The notes beneath the pieces were generated by a model. It saw only the letters and a list, made by a program, of their open reading frames with translations. It did no database searches and had not been told where the DNA came from. Shown piece after piece: positions 56,961 through 64,000 of a stretch of 64,000 nt of DNA. The stretch lies in assembly GCF_964355755.1 (NCBI RefSeq), contig NC_092674.1:13020001-13084000 (forward strand). The letters run 5' to 3'. A program made the position numbers and the translations under genes. Source of the stretch: Antedon mediterranea (taxonomy: Eukaryota; Animalia; Echinodermata). How positions within the stretch are numbered: position 1 is the stretch's first letter; the number at the start of each line of letters is the position of its first letter.

Positions 56961-57362
56961 TGTCATATTATTGATGTTGTGATTCTCTGTGTTTAGAGAA
57001 GGATGCTTTAGACCAGGTCCGCCTTAATTAGCCAATCAAAATCGCATAAGTTTTGGAGGGAAAATGTTATCCTCCTCTGAAGCCAAAAATTTGCATATCC
57101 AGTATAAAAGTGGAATGTAATAGATATTAGGGGAGAAGAGAGAATAAGATCAGAGTAGATAAACGGAAAGATGATAAAGAAAATATTAAGGCTTGACTGG
57201 TAGTGGTAGAAAGATGTATTAATCGAATTACAAGGAATAAAAGTTCTAGTTGAGTTAAATATACTTTTTGTATGAGTTATCATTCAGTGACTGTGTACGT
57301 CGCGTGGAGTTATATATATACGCCTGAGAAAGCTCGGAACCAACTAAAATAAATTCACTACA
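56961..57362 (+). repeat. 3' LTR (402 bp)
   Basis: TGTCATATT...TTCACTACA followed by TSD ATTGG. Confidence 0.95.
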
Positions 57363-57480
57363 ATTGGAAATAAGGATTTGATCGAATCGACTTTAGATTT
57401 GCAAGTAACAGAGAAGCATTTCTTTTGTCCGTTGTCAGATGGTTATTGAATCTTTGTTGTTGATTTCTCCTAATACTTAT

Positions 57481-57880
57481 TGTAGTGAATATTAAGTTGG
57501 TTCCGAGCTTTCTCAGGCGTATATAACTCCACGCGACGTACACTGTCACTGAATGATATCTCATACAAAAAAAGTATATTTTACTCAACTAGAACATTTA
57601 TTTCTTGTCAATCGATTAATACATCTTTCTACCAGTCAAGCCTTTTTTTCTTTAACATCTATCCGTTTATCTACTTTGATCTTATTTTCTCCTCTCCTTA
57701 ATCTCTATTATTACATTCTAATCTTATACTGGACATGCAAATTTTAGGCTTCAGAGGAGGATAACATTTTCCCTCCAAAGTTATACGATTTTGATTGGCT
57801 AATAATATTAGGCGGACCTAGTCTAAAGCATCCTTAAATAAACACAGGGAATCAGAACATAAATACTGTATTATGAAACA
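57481..57880 (-). mobile_element. Inverted, more diverged solo LTR of the same Gmr1 family
   Basis: Reverse complement of the LTR (TGTAGTGAAT...GGTTCCGAGCTTTCTCAGGCG...); no matching TSD. Confidence 0.9.
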
Positions 57881-58984
57881 CTCAATGTATTTATTTCTTT
57901 CATGAATGTTAACAGTTTGTCTTAAATGAAAGTTAAATTGAATTTGAATTGTGTGTTTATTGTATTAACAATTTTCTCTAGTTTTCGTATTAATTTGTTT
58001 AAAATAAATCTTATGAGGGTTAGTTTTATAGGAACAATAATACTATTTTAATTTGTTTTGGACATTAGTGCAATTAAAGCGTAATTAATTCAGCAATTGT
58101 CATATTCCATTTAGGAATACTACGTCATGTAAATGACTAGAATGTTCTCATGGTTGTATCGCGGCGCTTTTCCACGTATCATTTAATCGCATCCCGTCCT
58201 ATTACTATTGAAACCGAATTGAAACAACATGATAAAAAGCTTGTATGTTAGTCACAAAATGCCAAGGTACATTAAACTATTTGTTGTATTAATTTAGATA
58301 CACAAATAAAAATATGAAATCATAAGAAGAAACATTCGGGAATTACATATCGTGATCTTAGAAATTATATTTATGACTAATGTGTCTATTTTAATATTTG
58401 AAGTAACCTTTTCTTTATATTATGTCATTTGAACAATTGAATAGAACATGAACTCAGTACTTATGGATTTTAACACACGAAGCCTCTACATTTGCAATCG
58501 AACATTTTACCGGCACAAACGAAGAAAATTGAAAAAGTTAACATTTGCTGAAATGTTAGCAAAACAAGCCATGTGTCTTAGAAAAGATAGTATTAAGGGC
58601 TTTTATTTTCTGATGTCATCGGTAGACTTTTAACATTCGGCGGTAAAGTTACTTCTGAGTTCGTTATCACTTTGCGATTTCCTTGTTGCAACTACAACTT
58701 CGCTTTAGTTACAATAAAACACCTGTACAAAACGCGTGAACATGTACATTTGAACGTGGCATGTACATTTGATATACATTTGAGTCAAGATAATCCATGT
58801 TTCTCTCTTTAAACGTCAAAATGAACTAATTTATATTAATTATACTGTATAATACTATGGTTTGGCTATTTAATATTATTGTGACTCAGACTGTTTATAA
58901 CTTAATGAAGAAATGGCTCATAATGTTTAATATTTATTTTATTATATGCTTTAAGTCGTCCTAGGTAGCATGGATTTGTCTCTG

Positions 58985-59335
58985 AGAGATCATGTCAAAC
59001 CAACCTCGCACTGCTTCTTGCTACATCATACGATGCAATTAACAGCAAGAAGCAGTGCGATGTGATTTACACTTATTTCTCTAAGGCTTTTGATTCCGTT
59101 TCCCATGATTTGCTTATTTTTAAACTTTCAAAATTTGATTTATCCGGTTCACTTTTAAGTTAGTTTAAACTAACTAACTAACTAACTAATAGACAACAGC
59201 GTGTTGTCATTGGGGGAGAGACATCTGATTGGCTCCCTGTGTTATCGGGCGTTCCGCAGGGCTCGATCCTGGGCCCGCTTTTGTTTAATTTATTTATCAA
59301 CGATCTTCCTTTAAAATTATATCGTATTAATCCAT
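58985..59335 (+). pseudogene. CR1-group LINE RT fragment
   Basis: FSKAFDSVSHDLLIFKL...RQQRVV...[24 protein letters not shown], with a stop. Confidence 0.85.
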
Positions 59336-59946
59336 TCTGATCACTCTTAAGACTTGTTGACACCTAATTGTTTACATAGACTATACCCCACTTCAAGTAT
59401 TATTACATTATAATAATTATTACCTATCCACGTTCTATCACCATATTAAATAATTTGTCATTGTTTAAAGAAAACATTAATCATGATGTTTTTAAAGTGT
59501 AATCAGTGCTACTAAGCGCCTTTGATGTTTACATTGGTAGTTAACTACTGCAATACAAATAACTACTTATCAATATAAGTGTATGCAAGTTACTTTTTGG
59601 TAACTTAAAATTAATTGTCATAAACAGGTTGTTAAATGATACTGGTATGTACTTTTGTGTCTAATTTATCCAAAACAATATTATTTAAATTATAAACTTT
59701 TAATATTAAATCATTGGACAGTTTTGTGTGATATGTGTAATGTACTTTCTAATTTAAAACAAAAAAAAAATAAGTATGAAAGCAAACATAACAACAAACA
59801 ATGATTACTAGTTTCCCGAATAATTGTTGAATTAAACTAAAATTTGAACTCAACCATCACCGTGATGATATCGGGATATCCACGTTAACGCACATAGTGT
59901 AACAAACATCTTGAAATACACTCATACTCTATGACCTGAAAAAATG

Positions 59947-60912
59947 TATAGTGCTGAATTATGTCTCATGTGTCATACAGTACTAAGTGCGAATAACCAA
60001 TAAAGTAGTGTTTTTTTTCAATTCATTTAATTTGATATTTTTCTTGATAGTATAATATTCAATTGTTTGGTTTATATCACTGTTATGAGTCCAGGTAAGC
60101 ACAACTGTGACATCTATTGTCTATAAACGTCTATAAATTTCAAGTCCTTTATTGTCTGACTTCGTTTTGAATGAAGTTATAGGCCTTCAAATTCAAATGT
60201 CAAATGAATACTAATATTGGTGTCCTTTCTACATGATCTCAAGCTCTTCCGCTAGTCACCTAATCGACCAAAAATAATGGTATGCATACAGGGAGTCATG
60301 TCAGGAATAAACAATGTAAGTCGCTTATTACGAAGATGGACCTATTTCATTATGTAACTGCTGTTGTCACTATCATGTTATTTACGTAAATAATTTGTAA
60401 TCATGATGTTTTTAAACACATGATGTTTTTAAAGTGTTTTTATAGTGCTGAATTATGTCTATGTGTCATACAGTACTAAGTGCGAATAACCAATAAAGTA
60501 GTGTTTTTTTTTTCGTAAAGAAAACAATTCATTTAATTTGATATTTTTCTTGATAGTATAATATTCAATTGTTTGGTTTATATCACTGTTATGAGTCCAG
60601 GTAAGCACAACTGTGACATCTATTGTCTATAAACGTCTATAAATTTCAAGTCCTTTATTGTCTGACTTCGTTTTGAATGAAGTTATACAGTAGGCCTTCA
60701 AATTCAAATGTCAAATGAATACTAATATTGGTGTCCTTTCTACATGATCTCTAGCTCTTCCGCTAGTCACCTAATCGACCAAAAATAATGGTATGCATAC
60801 AGAGAGTCATGTCAGGAATAAACAATGTAAGTCGCTTATTACGAAGATGGACCTATTTCATTATGTAACTGCTGTTGTCACTATGATATTATTTACGTAC
60901 ATAATTTGTATA
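59947..60912. repeat. Recent ~490-bp direct tandem duplication
   Basis: ~59947-60410 nearly identical to ~60441-60912. Confidence 0.9.
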
Positions 60913-62544
60913 ATTAATGTTTATCTATTGTGTAATCAGTTATGTTTTCTGATTGAACTTAACTGATTTTAAATCAATGGGAGCTCATCAGTTATATACA
61001 TTATAATCATTTCAGATTTGACAAAATAATTAAAACTGATTACTTTCCGATTATCAGAAAGCTTAAATGTGTTAATATTTACATAAACAATGGTACGAAG
61101 ACGTAAACTTACTGTGAGCTTCTGCATGTAATATATACTATTAAGATGCTAATTATGCCTATTTCAAATAACAGTTCGGAGTAGTTGGATTTTGTTGCTT
61201 ATGTTCGAAATTGTCTTTTATTTCAAACTCACAAAAACGGGCAATGAAAATTTCGTTATTAAAAACATTATTTAAAGCTTATTCAGTATAGTTAAATTAT
61301 TCATTTATTTATATGTGTTGTTCTATTTTTTTTCTTTTTACTTGGTTAGATAAAACATGTTAGTGATAAAATGCTAATATTCTAGTTAACATTCTTCATT
61401 TAATGATATTCCCACAAATTGCACTGTTTATGTATACTTAAATAGGACGGTAGCTCTTTTCGTATATTTGTTGCTGTTAGGATAATAAATATTTCACTTC
61501 AAAAACTTTCCAAAAATAGTGTTACACAACAATGACAACGTGTCGCCATAAAGCAAATATTCAATTCACAGGAATTCAGTACATTATTGTTTTATATTAT
61601 TGTAATTCGATGTTTTCCTCATTTTTACTATTAGTAATGCCAATTATTATCCTATTGGAAAAAAGGGTTTAGTCGAGTCAACTTTAGATCTGCAAGTGAC
61701 AGAGAAGCTTTTCTCTTGTCCGATGTCAGGTGGTGATTGAATCTGTGTTAAAAGTTTTTAATAAAGCATTTATTAGATTTTCGTAATACTTTACGTCACC
61801 TTTCATAGGTATTAAAATAAATGTCATTTTAATATGCATTTTCGACTTACAGTATATTCAATATATTTCATTCTTGTGTTTGATTTGTTTAGTCTGTAAA
61901 TCAACAATGTAATTATTATTACTCTGAAAGGGTCTTACGTGACAAGTTTTTTTATCTTCTAGTATTGATCCTATTATGGTTTCTTTATATCAATTCTATT
62001 TTTATCTTTTTACTATTTGTTTGTCATACTGAGCCATTTATGAAATAAATGTTGTTGAATTAAATTGATTTGAATGAATATTATTATGAATAGTTTGTCT
62101 TGAATGCAATTTAATTTGAATTGCATGTTTATTGTATTAACATTTGTCTGTAATTGCAGTATTAATTTGTTTAAAATGAATCTTATGAGTGTTTTACAGA
62201 AACAATGGTACTTCCTATTAGTAGTAGGACTAGTATTGTCGAGGATGCCATTCCATTTTCAGATTGTTATTTGTAAATTAAAGTGCAATTAACCCAGCAA
62301 TTGTCATATTTCATTTAGAGTAGTACATCCTGTACGTATAATGTTTCCTATTATGTCATACAGTAATTAATCATGAATTATTCATGATTTCTGCACACGT
62401 TTGTCCTGGAAAAAAAAATTACGCGTCCTGTACGTATAAATCTACTTTGACAATACTTTTGCTTTTGATTCCAGAAGCGTTTTCCTTTCCGAAAGAAAGC
62501 GGAGTTATAATCGTTACCTGTGAAAGCATGGAATCCAATAAGGG

Positions 62545-62990
62545 ATGATTTATGCGCTTTTGTTTGACACTAGTACACAGCGAATAAGCTCAATCAATCT
62601 GGTCTTGTTTTTGCCGTTGGCAAGAAAATTGTTGAATTCGCGGGGCAACTTTGATATTGTTGAGCTTACAATTACCTTTGGTGCAATACCGTCTCTATTT
62701 CTCTCCAACAGACTTAATGCTTTTTGGCAAGTACCGGTATGCATCGGCAACAATATCAACACGCGTGTATCCTTTAGGGATGCTGTTGAAAACCTTTACT
62801 GCAAGATCCTCGTACGTATCAGGGTAAGATGTAAATGTTCTGATTAATGCCATCAAGTCAACAACATAGGCAATGACAGTAGCCTTTGCTGGCAGTTCTC
62901 GACCAGGATCCATAACATCTGTTGAACTTTTTTCGATGAGAATTTCCATTAGAGGACACTTTTCTGGGTTGTTCGTCTTGTCCCATCTAC
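62545..62990 (-). pseudogene. Academ-like transposase fragment (PIN/XPG-like C-terminal region)
   Basis: DGTRRTTQKSVL...YVVDLMAL...RVDIVADAY...SIK..., LPREFNNFLANGKNKTRLIELI across a frameshift. Confidence 0.65.
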
Positions 62991-63214
62991 ATTAGCCAGG
63001 CTTAGCGAGACGCGATTTTTTTTTTCGTACATAAGTTGGGGACCCCTCATGAAACGTCACAAAATACACATGAATAATTCATCAGTTAAATTTGTTGTTC
63101 CGTGTGCATCCAAGCGTATAGCAACAAGTGATATTACAACTGCGATACGATTCTTCCTAGGCCTAGCATTCACGTGATTGCCTTGGCGCACTCTTCACAC
63201 ACACACTACCACTA

Positions 63215-64000
63215 CCGTATTTTCCGGAGTATAGGTCGAGACTTTGTGGGAAAATTTTAATTGCAAAATCGGGGGGTCGACTTATACTCCGACCATGCGA
63301 TTTTTGAAAAAAATCAAGCGGAAAAAATTCGTTCAAAAGCCGTCAGCTGTCAAGGCCTAGCAAGGTCAGTGGCCTATCATCAATCACTCACAGGAGTTTT
63401 CAATTTAATAATAATACCTACATTGTACAAAATAATACAACTCCAACAAGTACTGGTGGTACAAGAACTATTAATATATAACACAGATTAATGTTGATGT
63501 TTATATTACGCTTTTATTAAAATAATTAAGAATAAATAGTTTTCGTTTGTGTTTCATATGCTTCGTATTCACTCGCGAAAACATCGTAACACACACCACA
63601 AACGAACTACACGATGTTGGAATGTCCATGCAGCATGTTTGTTATTGCGCGATATTTTGATCTATACACATGCGCAGTTTGTTTGTTTGTTCGTAATTAC
63701 AATTACTGCGCATGTCTATTCATAAAATAAATTCTCCTCAGTCCGGCGCGTGTACATTTACAGATAACGCGATTTACAACTACTCGCCTGTACAATTTAA
63801 TAAGCCTCCTAACGAAAAACTCGTTTTAACTTATTCGAGTGACGCGAAAAAACATCGCTGATGGCAAGTACTGTAACGCTACATCGCTGTCATTTATTAT
63901 AGGCTGGCGAAGACGGCGGCGAAGCCGTTGTGATTACGTCCGTCCGATATTGATTAGGCCTACACTTTAATAATTGTATAAACAAACAACCACATTTCAT
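63215..64000. mobile_element. Left part of a Tigger/pogo-type element running off the window
   Basis: TA|CCGTATTTTCCGGAGTATAGGTCG and internal GTCGACTTATACTCCG repeat. Confidence 0.6.

Larger units (their letters stand above)
51706..57362 (+). mobile_element. Full-length Gmr1-clade Ty3/Gypsy LTR retrotransposon (gag-PR-INT-RT-RH), frameshifted
   Basis: TG...CA LTRs at 51706-52100 and 56961-57362, 5-bp TSD ATTGG, PBS TGGTGACAGCGGTG (tRNA-Leu-like, inferred), PPT AAAAAGGGGAA; integrase precedes RT. Confidence 0.95.
41100..62340. repeat. Old multi-kb segmental repeat of the ankyrin exon + intron unit (3-4 partial copies)
   Basis: Paralogous blocks: 41990-42215/48870-49095; 42320-42700/59500-60220; 43940-44170/60820-61030; 44170-45170/57390-58135/61680-62330; 41220-41530/61020-61350. 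Confidence 0.85.

Overview
AT-rich animal (invertebrate-like) nuclear DNA, not prokaryotic. A minus-strand multi-exon Roco gene (ankyrin repeats, Death domain, ROC GTPase, start of COR) runs from at least 49058 to 271. I traced 14 GT-AG exons that join in one open frame of 643 codons; both ends of the gene probably lie outside the window. Its introns are packed with transposons: a dead DD35D pogo element, a Gmr1-type (PR-INT-RT-RH) LTR element with an adjacent inverted solo LTR, a second truncated LTR element, LINE fragments, non-autonomous elements (Kolobok-, Ginger-, EnSpm-, Helentron- and Tigger-like) and two satellite arrays. The standout is an apparently intact 5.5-kb Tc1 (DD34E) transposon at 20514-26058 with two convergent genes, the transposase and a spliced BEN-domain gene. 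Each gene ends 18-29 nt after its stop in a perfect replication-dependent histone mRNA stem-loop (GGCTCTTTTCAGAGCC) followed by an HDE-like CAAAAGAGATTT, and each has a CAGCCAATCAGA + TATAAAG promoter. This suggests a transposon that has co-opted the SLBP/U7 histone-mRNA pathway. All family calls come from motif recognition by eye; no database search was run.
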